A stretch of 64,000 bases of DNA from Microthrixaceae bacterium (lineage in GTDB: Bacteria; Actinomycetota; Acidimicrobiia; Acidimicrobiales; Microtrichaceae), in assembly GCA_023957995.1 (NCBI GenBank), contig JAMLGK010000012.1, positions 16,058 to 80,057 on the forward strand. The letters run 5' to 3'. Position 1 is the first letter of the stretch. The number at the start of each line of letters is the position of its first letter. Positions 7,882-16,944 of the stretch are shown piece after piece. A model generated the notes under the pieces. It was not told the origin of the DNA. It was given only the letters and a program-made list of their open reading frames with translations, and did not search any database. The position numbers and the translations under genes were made by a program.

Positions 7882-9129
7882 ATGACCTCCACCCCGATTC
7901 CCGAGTTGGCCGCTCGTTCCAAGGTGGCATCGCGGGCCATGGCCAATGCGTCTACGGCCGTCAAGAACGAGGCTCTGCTGGCCGCCGCCGACCTGCTCGA
8001 GGTTCGCTCCGGCGAACTGCTCACGGCCAACGCACAGGACGTCTCCTCGGCCGAGGCCAACGGAATAGCTCCCGGGCTCATCGACCGTCTGCGGCTCAGC
8101 CCCGAACGCGTGACCGCGATGGCGGACGGCCTGCGGCAGGTGGCGACCCTTGCGGATCCGGTCGGCGAGGTGATGTCGAGGTGGGTGCGACCCAACGGTC
8201 TGCGGATCACCCAGGTGCGTGTGCCGCTCGGAGTCGTGGCGATCATCTACGAGAGCCGTCCCAACGTCACCTCCGATGCCGCAGGGCTGTGCCTCAAATC
8301 GGGCAATGCCGCGTTCCTGCGCGGTTCCGGGAGCGCGATCAACTCGAACCTGGCGATCGGTGAGGTGTTGCGCGAGGCGGTCACCAAGGCAGGGCTGCCG
8401 ACCGATGCCGTGATCGTCGTCGACGACGTCTCGCGCGAGGCGGCCACCGAGTTCATGCGGCAGCGTGGTTTCATCGACGTGCTGATCCCCCGGGGTGGCC
8501 ACTCGCTGATCCAGTCGATCCTCGACAACGCCACGGTTCCGTTCGTGATCGACGGCGACGGCAACTGCCACATCTACGTCGATGAGTCGGCCGATCTCGA
8601 CATGGCCCGGTCGATCGTGCTCAACGCAAAGACGCAGCGCCCGTCGGTCTGCAACGCCGCGGAGTCGCTTGTGGTCCACTCAGCCATCGCCTCGGACCTG
8701 TTGCCCGAACTCGCCGGAGCCATGCCCCAGGTCGAGTTGGTGGGCGATGCGCGGGCCCGATCCCTGGTGCCCGGCATGGGTGAGGCCAGCGAGTCGGACT
8801 ACGCCACGGAGTTCCTCGACCTGAAGATGTCGGTGAAGGTCGTCGATGATCTCGACGATGCGATCGCCCATGTCAACGCCAACTCCTCGGGCCATTCCGA
8901 GGCGATCATCACCTCCGACCACGCCGCTGCCGGACGGTTCACCCAGGAGGTCGACGCTGCTGCGGTGCTGGTGAATGCCAGCACGCGCTTCGTCGACGGG
9001 GAGGAGTTCGGATTCGGTGCGGAGATCGGGATCTCCACCCAGAAGCTCCACGCCAGGGGCCCCATGGGTCTGAGACAACTGACCACGGGCAAGTACGTGG
9101 TCGAGGGCAGCGGCCAGGTCAGGAACTGA
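7882..9129 (+). CDS. proA: Glutamate-5-semialdehyde dehydrogenase (gamma-glutamyl phosphate reductase)
   Basis: 415 aa. Full-length similarity to ProA: N-terminal AARSKVASRAMANAS..KNEALLAAADLL, catalytic Cys context RPSVCNAAESLVVH, and C-terminal GHSEAIIT...ASTRF.DG.EFG.GAE.GIST. Confidence 0.92.
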   Translation: MTSTPIPELAARSKVASRAMANASTAVKNEALLAAADLLEVRSGELLTANAQDVSSAEANGIAPGLIDRLRLSPERVTAMADGLRQVATLADPVGEVMSRWVRPNGLRITQVRVPLGVVAIIYESRPNVTSDAAGLCLKSGNAAFLRGSGSAINSNLAIGEVLREAVTKAGLPTDAVIVVDDVSREAATEFMRQRGFIDVLIPRGGHSLIQSILDNATVPFVIDGDGNCHIYVDESADLDMARSIVLNAKTQRPSVCNAAESLVVHSAIASDLLPELAGAMPQVELVGDARARSLVPGMGEASESDYATEFLDLKMSVKVVDDLDDAIAHVNANSSGHSEAIITSDHAAAGRFTQEVDAAAVLVNASTRFVDGEEFGFGAEIGISTQKLHARGPMGLRQLTTGKYVVEGSGQVRN

Positions 9130-9135
9130 GGGATC

Positions 9136-9804
9136 GTGTCGGTGCTTTCGCTCGAGGAAGCCGGTGACGGTGTCGTTGTGATCCGTTGGGATGACCACGA
9201 GAACCGGTTCAACCTCGGGTCGCTCTCGGAATGGCATGCTGCACTGGACGACCTCGAACAGCGTGAGGGACCGCTGGCGTTGGTGGTCACGGGTAGCGGC
9301 AAGTTCTTCTCCAACGGTCTCGACCTGGATCGCTTCTCGGAGGCTCCCGACGAGGCGGGCGCGATCGTCGATGGCGTCCACCGGCTCCTGGGCCGCCTCC
9401 TGGTGTTTCCGGCGTGGACGGTGATGGCAATCAACGGCCACGCGTTCGCCGGAGGCGCGATGTTGAGTGCCACCGCCGATGTGCGGCTCATGCGTACCGG
9501 CCGTGGCTACTGGTGCCTTCCGGAGGTCGACCTCGGGCTACCCCTCACGCCGCCGATGACCGCCGCGGTCACAGCGCGGCTGCCGGCGACCGCGGCCGCG
9601 GAGGCGATGCTCACCGCTCGCAGGTATGGCGCTGAGGAGGCGTTGGACCGGGGAATCGTGACCGCTGTGCATGCCGAGGACGAGCTTCTGCAGAGCGCCG
9701 TCTCCGAAGCCGCTTCGATGGCCGCCAAGGATCGGTCGGTCATCGCGGACCACAAGCACCAACTGTTCGGACGGGCTGCCGCGATCTGTCTGGAGAACCA
9801 ATGA
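9136..9804 (+). CDS. Enoyl-CoA hydratase/isomerase (crotonase) family protein
   Basis: 222 aa. Crotonase-fold motifs VVTGSGKFFSNGLDL and INGHAFAGGAMLSATADVRLM. Confidence 0.8.
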   Translation: MSVLSLEEAGDGVVVIRWDDHENRFNLGSLSEWHAALDDLEQREGPLALVVTGSGKFFSNGLDLDRFSEAPDEAGAIVDGVHRLLGRLLVFPAWTVMAINGHAFAGGAMLSATADVRLMRTGRGYWCLPEVDLGLPLTPPMTAAVTARLPATAAAEAMLTARRYGAEEALDRGIVTAVHAEDELLQSAVSEAASMAAKDRSVIADHKHQLFGRAAAICLENQ

Positions 9805-9820
9805 GACCCCGGGGGAAACG

Positions 9821-12106
9821 ATGACCGCAGTGCCCGCAGATCCGGCTCTAGACCCTCGGACACCGCCGAACATGGCGGCGACCGAGCCGACGTCGTCCGA
9901 AGCACCGTTCCGGCAGGATGCGCCGAACGTGCTCGTGATCGTGCTCGACGACCTCGGGTTCGCACACCTGGGGTGCTACGGCTCCGATCTCGACACACCC
10001 AACCTCGACCGGCTCGCCGAGCGCGGGGTGAGGATGACCAACTTCCACACCACCGCCGTGTGCTCACCCACCCGGGCCTGCCTGCTGACGGGACGCAACC
10101 ACCACCGGGTCGGGATGGGGATGCTGCCCGACCTGCCGACCAACTTCGCGGGCTACACCGGAGAGTTCCCGAGGAACGCGTCGACGATGGCCCACATCCT
10201 CTCCGAGGACGGCTACGCCACGTACTGCGTGGGCAAGTGGCACCTGGTGCCGCGGGACCAACGCGACAGCGGGCCGCACCGCATGTGGCCCCTGGGTCAG
10301 GGTTTCGAGCAGTACTACGGATTCCTCAACGGCGAGACCAACCAGTGGACGCCGAACCTCGTGCGCGACAACACCCATGTGGAGCCGCCGGCGACCCCCG
10401 AAGAGGGGTACCACCTCGATGTGGATCTGGCCGATGCCGCCATCGACTACCACCGGGAGCTCCGGATCTCGCACCCGGACCGCCCCTGGATGATGTGGTA
10501 CGCCACCGGAGCACCCCATGCGCCACATCAGGCTCCGGCCGAGTGGATCGACGCATACTCGGGGCGCTTCGACGCGGGGTGGGGGGCATGGCGGGAGCAG
10601 GTCTTCGCCCGTCAGCTCGAGTTGGGAGTGTTGCCCGAGGGAACCGAGCTCTCTGCGATACCCGACTGGGTGCCCGACTGGGACTCCCTGGCCGATGACC
10701 ACAAGAAGCTCTATGCCCGCATGATGGAGGTGTTCGCCGGGTTCGTCTCACATGCCGATGCCCAGATCGGCCGCGTGCTCGATCACCTCGAGGCATGTGG
10801 CGAACTCGATGACACGGTGGTGGTTCTCGTGTCCGACAACGGAGCCTCTGCAGAGGGAGGCCCCCACGGCACCCACAACCAGCTGGGGCACTACATATCC
10901 GACGACGAGGACGATCTCGACGAGGAGCTTGCCCGCATCGAGGACCTGGGCGGCTGGAAGTCCTCGGGGCACTACCCGTGGGGCTGGGCGCTGGCCGGAA
11001 ACACACCGTTCAGGCGCTGGAAGCGCTACACCTTCGAGGGCGGGGTGAGGGACCCGTTCATCATCTGTGGACCCGGTGTCTCCGCTGCCGGCGAACTCCG
11101 CAACCAGTACGCGCACGTGGTGGATGTGCTCCCCACGGTGCTCGACCTCGTCGGCCTCCAGGTGCCCTCGGTGGTCGACGGTGTCGAGCAGATGAGCTTC
11201 GACGGCGTGAGTTTCACCGAGGCGCTCGAACGCCCGGATGCTCCGGCCCGGACCAGCCAGTACTACGAGTGTTGGGGAAGTCGTGCGATCTACCGCGACG
11301 GCTGGAAGGCGGTCACCGATCACGTCAACCAGCTCACCGCCAACGAGCGGAACCTGGTGAAGGGCAGTCACGACTTCGCAACCGACCGTTGGGCTCTCTT
11401 CGACACCGTCGCCGATCCGTCCGAGACCAGGGACCTGGCCCTCGAGCGCCCGGAACTGCTCGCCGAACTGGTCCGCGAGTGGTTCGAACAGGCAGAGGCG
11501 AACGGCGTGTTCCCCCTCGATGATGGAGCGGCAAACCGTTTCAGCCACATGCGCGTGCCCTGGACACCGTGGCGCACCGACTTCCTGTTCCGGGCCAATG
11601 ACAAGGTCCACGAGGTGAACGGTCCCAACCTGGCGGGCGGTTTCCGCATGGTCGCCACCTTCACCGAGGGACTCGACCGCAACAGCACCGGGGTGCTCGC
11701 TGAACAGGGTGACTGGAACGCGGGTTGGGCGATGTACCTGGCCGATGGCGAGGTCCGTTGGGTGATGGCCGGCTTCGGCGGGCCCACCGAGGTGGCCGCG
11801 ACCGTTCCCGAGGGCACGCACCTCTTGTCGGTCGAGGGGATCGCCTCTCCTGACGACCTGGAGCTCGTGCTCGGCGCCGACGGGGTGGAGATCGGCCGGG
11901 GAGCGCTCGGTCGACCGGTTCCGCTCGCCTGGGCGCCCGACGGAGCGTTCCTGACCGTCGGCTATGCGCGGCCCTTCCCGGTCACCGAGCGCATCGATGT
12001 CGGCGACGAGGCACCTGGATCCTTCGCAGGCCTGTCGATCCGCACCGGAACGCCGCCACCGCTCGATCTGGACGCCGAGTTCGAACGGGTGATGCGACAC
12101 CAGTGA
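9821..12106 (+). CDS. Arylsulfatase (Cys-type, formylglycine-dependent) with a ~250-aa C-terminal extension
   Basis: Sulfatase signature LVIVLDDLGF...AVCSPTRACLLTGRNHH (C-x-P-x-R) and GKWHLV. I chose the ATG at 9821 (MTAVPADP...), preceded by GGGGGAAA. The track start at 9671 overlaps the crotonase gene. Confidence 0.88.
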   Translation: MTAVPADPALDPRTPPNMAATEPTSSEAPFRQDAPNVLVIVLDDLGFAHLGCYGSDLDTPNLDRLAERGVRMTNFHTTAVCSPTRACLLTGRNHHRVGMGMLPDLPTNFAGYTGEFPRNASTMAHILSEDGYATYCVGKWHLVPRDQRDSGPHRMWPLGQGFEQYYGFLNGETNQWTPNLVRDNTHVEPPATPEEGYHLDVDLADAAIDYHRELRISHPDRPWMMWYATGAPHAPHQAPAEWIDAYSGRFDAGWGAWREQVFARQLELGVLPEGTELSAIPDWVPDWDSLADDHKKLYARMMEVFAGFVSHADAQIGRVLDHLEACGELDDTVVVLVSDNGASAEGGPHGTHNQLGHYISDDEDDLDEELARIEDLGGWKSSGHYPWGWALAGNTPFRRWKRYTFEGGVRDPFIICGPGVSAAGELRNQYAHVVDVLPTVLDLVGLQVPSVVDGVEQMSFDGVSFTEALERPDAPARTSQYYECWGSRAIYRDGWKAVTDHVNQLTANERNLVKGSHDFATDRWALFDTVADPSETRDLALERPELLAELVREWFEQAEANGVFPLDDGAANRFSHMRVPWTPWRTDFLFRANDKVHEVNGPNLAGGFRMVATFTEGLDRNSTGVLAEQGDWNAGWAMYLADGEVRWVMAGFGGPTEVAATVPEGTHLLSVEGIASPDDLELVLGADGVEIGRGALGRPVPLAWAPDGAFLTVGYARPFPVTERIDVGDEAPGSFAGLSIRTGTPPPLDLDAEFERVMRHQ

Positions 12107-12147
12107 GCCAGGTGGATCTGTGCTGATCCGTCCGTAGCGTTGAACCC

Positions 12148-13128
12148 ATGATGCGACTCCGAAGGGCGCTCGGTGCCCTCGCACTCGGTTTGCTGGCAGC
12201 GTCGACCGGTGCCTGTGCGGGCACCGGCGGGTCCGACGTGGCCGAGAAGCTCCCACTGGGTTCGAAGGTGGCCAGCGAGTCGACGGGATCCACCACCGGG
12301 GCGACCGGCACCGAACCTCCGGCCCCGAGGGCTCCCGGCCTGCTGTACGTGGCGGAGGCAGATGCGGCCTCGGTGGCCGCCGTCGGTGACGATGGAGCGA
12401 GGTTGGTGACCCTCACGGGCACCGATGCGAGCGTGTTGTGGTTCCAGGACCGTCCCGGCCGGGCCGCTGGTGATCTGTCGATCTCCGAGTTCGTGGCCAC
12501 GTGGGACGAACTGGGATTCGTCGACGATCCACCGAACGCGGTGATCCGACACTCCGGCGGCGAGGAACCCCTGGTCGGGGACGGGCTGGGCCTGGTTGTC
12601 GAGATGACCGATCCGGTGTGGGACCAACCGTCGGCGACACTGCGGTTCACCGCCGTGCCCGCCGAGGGCGCAGGCGCGATCCCCGCGCTGATGAACGACG
12701 TGTCGCTGTTCATCGACGACGGAGGCGCCGGGACCACCTACCACCCGACGAAGGTCACGGCCACCAACGTGGCTCCTGGTCAGAAGGTCCAGATCCAGGT
12801 GTTGCCGACCGGGGGCCGGTCCGTGGTCTGGTCCATGGGTGACACCGCCCAGGACGGTGCCGGGTTCAGCCTGGCCTCGGGCCCCGGCCAGGCAGCTGTG
12901 TCGGACGTGCACCTCGACGGCCAGACCGTGAGCATCCAGACCTCCGCCGGAGCTGCCAGCGGAGCGATCACCCTGTCGCTCGACCTGTTCGTGGCGACCG
13001 ACGCCTCCAGTGGAGCGGTCCAGTTCCGCTCGGAGGCGGATCCGGGGGTGGAGGTCAGCCTGTCTCTGGGTGATTCCCCGCCGCAGACGGTCAACCCGAC
13101 CCCGACGCTGTTCTCGCTCAGCGGTTGA
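12148..13128 (+). CDS. Lipoprotein of unknown function
   Basis: Signal peptide plus lipobox MMRLRRALGALALGLLAASTGAC. The mature part is beta-rich and Gly/Ser/Thr/Val-rich. I recognise no family motif. Confidence 0.6.
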   Translation: MMRLRRALGALALGLLAASTGACAGTGGSDVAEKLPLGSKVASESTGSTTGATGTEPPAPRAPGLLYVAEADAASVAAVGDDGARLVTLTGTDASVLWFQDRPGRAAGDLSISEFVATWDELGFVDDPPNAVIRHSGGEEPLVGDGLGLVVEMTDPVWDQPSATLRFTAVPAEGAGAIPALMNDVSLFIDDGGAGTTYHPTKVTATNVAPGQKVQIQVLPTGGRSVVWSMGDTAQDGAGFSLASGPGQAAVSDVHLDGQTVSIQTSAGAASGAITLSLDLFVATDASSGAVQFRSEADPGVEVSLSLGDSPPQTVNPTPTLFSLSG

Positions 13129-13148
13129 ACAACCTTCCATCGACTACC

Positions 13149-13190
13149 TGACCGTACGGTGCTCGATAGTCGCTTGACCGTACGGTCAAG
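13149..13190. promoter_or_regulatory. Operator-like pair: TGACCGTACGGT (13149-13160) and a perfect 18-bp palindrome CTTGACCGTACGGTCAAG (13173-13190)
   Basis: Read directly. The 12-nt cores start 26 bp apart and lie 21-62 bp upstream of the MoxR ATG (13211). The second site could instead form a 7-bp hairpin terminating the upstream lipoprotein gene. Confidence 0.4.
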
Positions 13191-13210
13191 TGCCCAGATA
13201 ACCTCGGCTC

Positions 13211-14113
13211 ATGACCGATGCCCGCTTCTCCTCTGTCGACTCCGTCCGCGACCAGCTCCGGGAGGTCGACTACCTGTCCGACGAGGGAATCGCGGGCATC
13301 ATCTACCTGGCCGACCGGCTCGGCAAGCCCATATTGGTGGAGGGTCCCGCAGGAACCGGAAAGACCCAGCTCGCCAAGTCGACCGCCGAGATCCTCGGGG
13401 CACGGCTCATCAGGCTCCAGTGCTACGAGGGTCTCGATGAGTCCAAGGCGCTCTACGAGTGGAACTACAAGAAGCAGCTCCTGCGCATCCAGGCGACCAA
13501 GGCCGACAGTGACGACACCGGGTGGGCAGATGTGTCCGAGGACATCTTCTCCGACGACTTCCTGCTGACCCGACCACTGCTGGAGGCGATCACCGCCGAT
13601 GAGCCGGTGGTACTGCTCATCGACGAGGTGGACCGCGTCGAGGTGGAGACCGAGGCTCTACTGCTCGAGATCCTCTCGGACTACCAGGTCTCGATCCCGG
13701 AGCTCGGCACGATCACCGCGAAGCAGATACCGCTGGTGTTCCTCACCTCGAACAACACCCGGGAGCTCTCCGAGGCGCTCAAGCGTCGTTGCCTCTACCT
13801 CCACGTCGACTATCCCGACATGGAGCGCGAGAAGGAGATCGTGCTCACCAAGGTGCCCAACATCACCGAGTCGCTCGCCGACCAGGTCGCCCGCATCGTT
13901 CGCTCGATCCGCCAGATCGAACTGAAGAAGGCCCCCTCGGTCTCCGAGACCCTCGACTGGGCCAACACGCTGATGCTTCTCGGTGTGGAGAACGTCGACG
14001 CGGAGACCGCTGCCGACACGGTCAACATCCTGTTGAAGTACCAGAGCGACATCGCCAAAGCCCGCAAGGAGTTCGCAGCCGATTCGGCCGCGTTCGAAGC
14101 GGCAGCGACATGA
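13211..14113 (+). CDS. MoxR-class AAA+ ATPase (CoxD-like)
   Basis: Walker A VEGPAGTGKTQLAKS, Walker B VLLIDEVDR, and the MoxR-type C-terminal region LKRRCLYLHVDYP. The stop overlaps the next start (ATGA at 14110-14113). Confidence 0.88.
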   Translation: MTDARFSSVDSVRDQLREVDYLSDEGIAGIIYLADRLGKPILVEGPAGTGKTQLAKSTAEILGARLIRLQCYEGLDESKALYEWNYKKQLLRIQATKADSDDTGWADVSEDIFSDDFLLTRPLLEAITADEPVVLLIDEVDRVEVETEALLLEILSDYQVSIPELGTITAKQIPLVFLTSNNTRELSEALKRRCLYLHVDYPDMEREKEIVLTKVPNITESLADQVARIVRSIRQIELKKAPSVSETLDWANTLMLLGVENVDAETAADTVNILLKYQSDIAKARKEFAADSAAFEAAAT

Positions 14114-15636
14114 GCGAACCGGCCGTGGGCGACCCGGCCACCGCACAGGCAGAGGCGGCAGCGGGTGCCGCTGCCGGGGACGCGCTGCTCGAACTGCTGA
14201 GCGGGTTCATCGTCGAACTCCGAAGTGCCGGACTCCCGGTGAGCCTCACCGAGAACCTCGACGCCATGGCGGCGGTGGAGGAGATCCCCATGGAGGACCG
14301 CTCGGCGTTCAAGTACGCGTTGGCGGCCACCCTGGTCAAGAACCACGCGCACTGGCGGGCTTTCGAGACCGTCTTCGAGGTCTACTTCTCGCTGCGCGGC
14401 AGCGAGTACTCGGTGGGTGAGGACGGCGAGCTCGCCCCGGGCGAACTCGACGACCTGGATCAGATGGATGCCGACGGCCAGGGCGATGGTCAGGGTGACG
14501 GCCAGGGTCAGGGAGGCTCGGGCGACAACCTCACGCCGGAGGAACTCGCCCAGATGCTCTACCAGTCGTTGATGCGCGCCGACCAGGGAATGATGCGGGC
14601 GGCTGCCCGGCAGTCGGTCAAGCGCTATGCCGGCATGGAGCCCGGCCGCCCGGTTGGGGGCACCTACTACCTGTATCGCACCCTGCGGAACCTCGACCTC
14701 GACGGGATGCTCGAACAGCTGATGGAGGCCGCTCGCCAGCAGGCCCCCGACAACCTGACTCCTCTCGAGGAACGGCTCGAGCACGACGAGTACGAGAGCC
14801 GGATCGAACAGTTCAAGCAGGAGGTAGAGGCCGAGATCAGGCGTCGCCTGGTCGCCGACCGAGGGGTCGAGGCGATGGCAAAGACCCTGCGCAAGCCGCT
14901 GCCCGAAGACATCGACTTCATGCACGCGAGCCGTGAGGAGATGATCTCGCTGCGCAAGGCGCTGCAACCACTTACACGCAGGCTCGCAGTGCGCCTCGCC
15001 CGCAAGCGACGCCACGGGCGCAAGGGGTCACTGGACTTCCGCAACACGGTGCGTCACTCGCTCAGCTACGGAGGGGTTCCGGCGGAACCCAAGTTCCGCT
15101 ACCCGCGTCCCTCCAAGCCGGAGATCTTCGTGATCGCCGACATCTCGGGTTCGGTTGCGGCCTTCGCCCGCTTCACGCTGCACCTGGTGCATGCGATCGC
15201 AGGTCAGTTCTCCAAGGTCCGGAGCTTCGTGTTCATCGACGGCATCGATGAGGTCACCAGCTACTTCGAGGGCACCGAGGACATCGTGGAGGCCATCCAT
15301 CGGGTCAACACCGAGGCCGACGTGATCTGGGTCGACGGGCACTCCGACTACGGGCATGCCTTCGAGGTGTTCTGGCAGCGATACGGCCGCGACATCGGGC
15401 CCAAGACGACGGTCATGATCCTCGGTGACGCCCGCAACAACTACCACGCCTCACAGTCCTGGGTGATCAAGGAGATGCAGCACAAGGCGCGTCACGTCTA
15501 CTGGCTCAATCCCGAGCCCAGGGCCTACTGGGACACCGGCGACTCGATAGTGGGGGAGTACGGCGTGCACTGTGACGGCAGCTTCGAGTGCCGCAACCTG
15601 CGCCAGCTCGAACGGTTCGTGGATCACCTGGTGTGA
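14110..15636 (+). CDS. VWA domain-containing CoxE-like protein (MoxR partner)
   Basis: The C-terminal vWA has IFVIADISGSVAAF (MIDAS DxSxS) and ILGDARNNY, as in the CoxE family. A central DGQGDGQGDGQGQGG low-complexity tract is present. I took the ATG at 14110; the track start at 13789 lies inside moxR. Confidence 0.85.
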   Translation: MSEPAVGDPATAQAEAAAGAAAGDALLELLSGFIVELRSAGLPVSLTENLDAMAAVEEIPMEDRSAFKYALAATLVKNHAHWRAFETVFEVYFSLRGSEYSVGEDGELAPGELDDLDQMDADGQGDGQGDGQGQGGSGDNLTPEELAQMLYQSLMRADQGMMRAAARQSVKRYAGMEPGRPVGGTYYLYRTLRNLDLDGMLEQLMEAARQQAPDNLTPLEERLEHDEYESRIEQFKQEVEAEIRRRLVADRGVEAMAKTLRKPLPEDIDFMHASREEMISLRKALQPLTRRLAVRLARKRRHGRKGSLDFRNTVRHSLSYGGVPAEPKFRYPRPSKPEIFVIADISGSVAAFARFTLHLVHAIAGQFSKVRSFVFIDGIDEVTSYFEGTEDIVEAIHRVNTEADVIWVDGHSDYGHAFEVFWQRYGRDIGPKTTVMILGDARNNYHASQSWVIKEMQHKARHVYWLNPEPRAYWDTGDSIVGEYGVHCDGSFECRNLRQLERFVDHLV

Positions 15637-15710
15637 AGCGGGTCTCGGTCGATCAGCCAGGCCGGTCGACCAGGACGTCTTCGGTCTGGGACCTCGGTTG
15701 ACCGGCTACG

Positions 15711-16838
15711 TCAGTCGATCGTGACCAGGTACGAGTCGGTCTTGGCGTTGTCGTCGATCGGATCGAGTGGATCCGGTGTGTTCACGCACACCCCGCCGTC
15801 GTCGGTGACGAGGTTGAAGCTGCACACGGGGGCGGGGACGAAGGCACCGCTGGTGAACTCCCCGAGGTCCTCCACCACGTCGGTCTGCGTGTCCCAGCGG
15901 AAGGTGTGGGTGCCGGCGGTTCCCGGCAGTGGCGTGAGCTGCACGTAGCGTCCGTCCCTGCTCATGGCGACGGGTGCGGTGTCGTCGCCAGCAGCGGCCG
16001 GCGGTCTCTCGATGGCCCCCGTGTCGGTGTGGACCTGACCGGCTCCATCGAAGTCGAGCATGTTCAGGTACCTGCCGTCGTCGGAGATGGCCATCACCTG
16101 GCCGTAGGCCGGAAGGTCCTGGACGGTACCCGTGTCACGATCCCAGAGTGCGAAACCGCTCTCGGCTCCGTCGGCCGATGTCCAGCGGTTCACCACGAAC
16201 CGACCGTTGGAACTCACCGCGCCGATCTGTCCTGGGACCCGGTCGGTGCCCCCCAGTTCACAGGCATCGGAGGACCCGGTTGCGATGTCGACCACCTCGC
16301 AGTTCGGGTACCAGCTGTAGGGGCTGCTGTTGATTCCGAAGATGAGCGATGAACCGTCGGCCGACACGACCGGCATGATCGAACTGCCGTACTGGCGGAC
16401 GAAGGACCGGGTGGTACCTGTTTCACGGTCGTGGACGGTGATATCGGAACTGGGGCTGAGGGGTTCGCGCGTCACGTAGGTGACGAATCGCCCGTCGGCG
16501 CTGGGGCCGAAGTTGAAACCGCTGAGATTCACATCGCCCCCGAGTCGTGTCACCTCGCCCGTGCTCTGGTCGCGCAGGAACAGGCCGGGGCGTGGATCTC
16601 CCGGGATCACGTTGGTCGACAGGGTCGCGAATGCGATGACGTTTCCGTCCGCGCTGATGGCAGAGGTGAGTACGTCGTCGTTTCCGAGCACGTCGGCGCC
16701 GGTTGTATCGCCGGCTCCCAACGACAGAAGCGAATAGGTGAGATCAGTCGGTGGTGGCGGTGGTGGTGGCTGACACGATGACGCCCCCAGCACGATCGAA
16801 CCCACGACTGCAAAAATGCCAACAACGATCCTCTTCAT
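15711..16838 (-). CDS. Lipoprotein with TolB/PD40-like beta-propeller repeats
   Basis: Lipobox VLGASSC followed by a poly-Pro linker (QPPPPPPPT). Recurrent S-x-D-G-R-[FY] blades are present (SADGNV, SADGRF, SADGSS, SSNGRF, SDDGRY, SRDGRY). Confidence 0.65.
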   Translation of the reverse strand: MKRIVVGIFAVVGSIVLGASSCQPPPPPPPTDLTYSLLSLGAGDTTGADVLGNDDVLTSAISADGNVIAFATLSTNVIPGDPRPGLFLRDQSTGEVTRLGGDVNLSGFNFGPSADGRFVTYVTREPLSPSSDITVHDRETGTTRSFVRQYGSSIMPVVSADGSSLIFGINSSPYSWYPNCEVVDIATGSSDACELGGTDRVPGQIGAVSSNGRFVVNRWTSADGAESGFALWDRDTGTVQDLPAYGQVMAISDDGRYLNMLDFDGAGQVHTDTGAIERPPAAAGDDTAPVAMSRDGRYVQLTPLPGTAGTHTFRWDTQTDVVEDLGEFTSGAFVPAPVCSFNLVTDDGGVCVNTPDPLDPIDDNAKTDSYLVTID

Positions 16839-16944
16839 CGTTGCTCCCTTCCATCAGTTTCCCGTCGCCCTCGTCCGGCAGACTAGCCCGACCGGGTCGC
16901 CGCATGCCGAATGTGGTTCACCTACCGGGTGGTGGAGACGGGAT

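Noticed and set aside
15637-15710. Bidirectional intrinsic terminator (GGTCGA...TCGACC) between the convergent VWA and propeller genes
   Set aside because: It has only a 6-bp stem with a long loop and no U/A tracts, so it is not convincing without 3'-end data.
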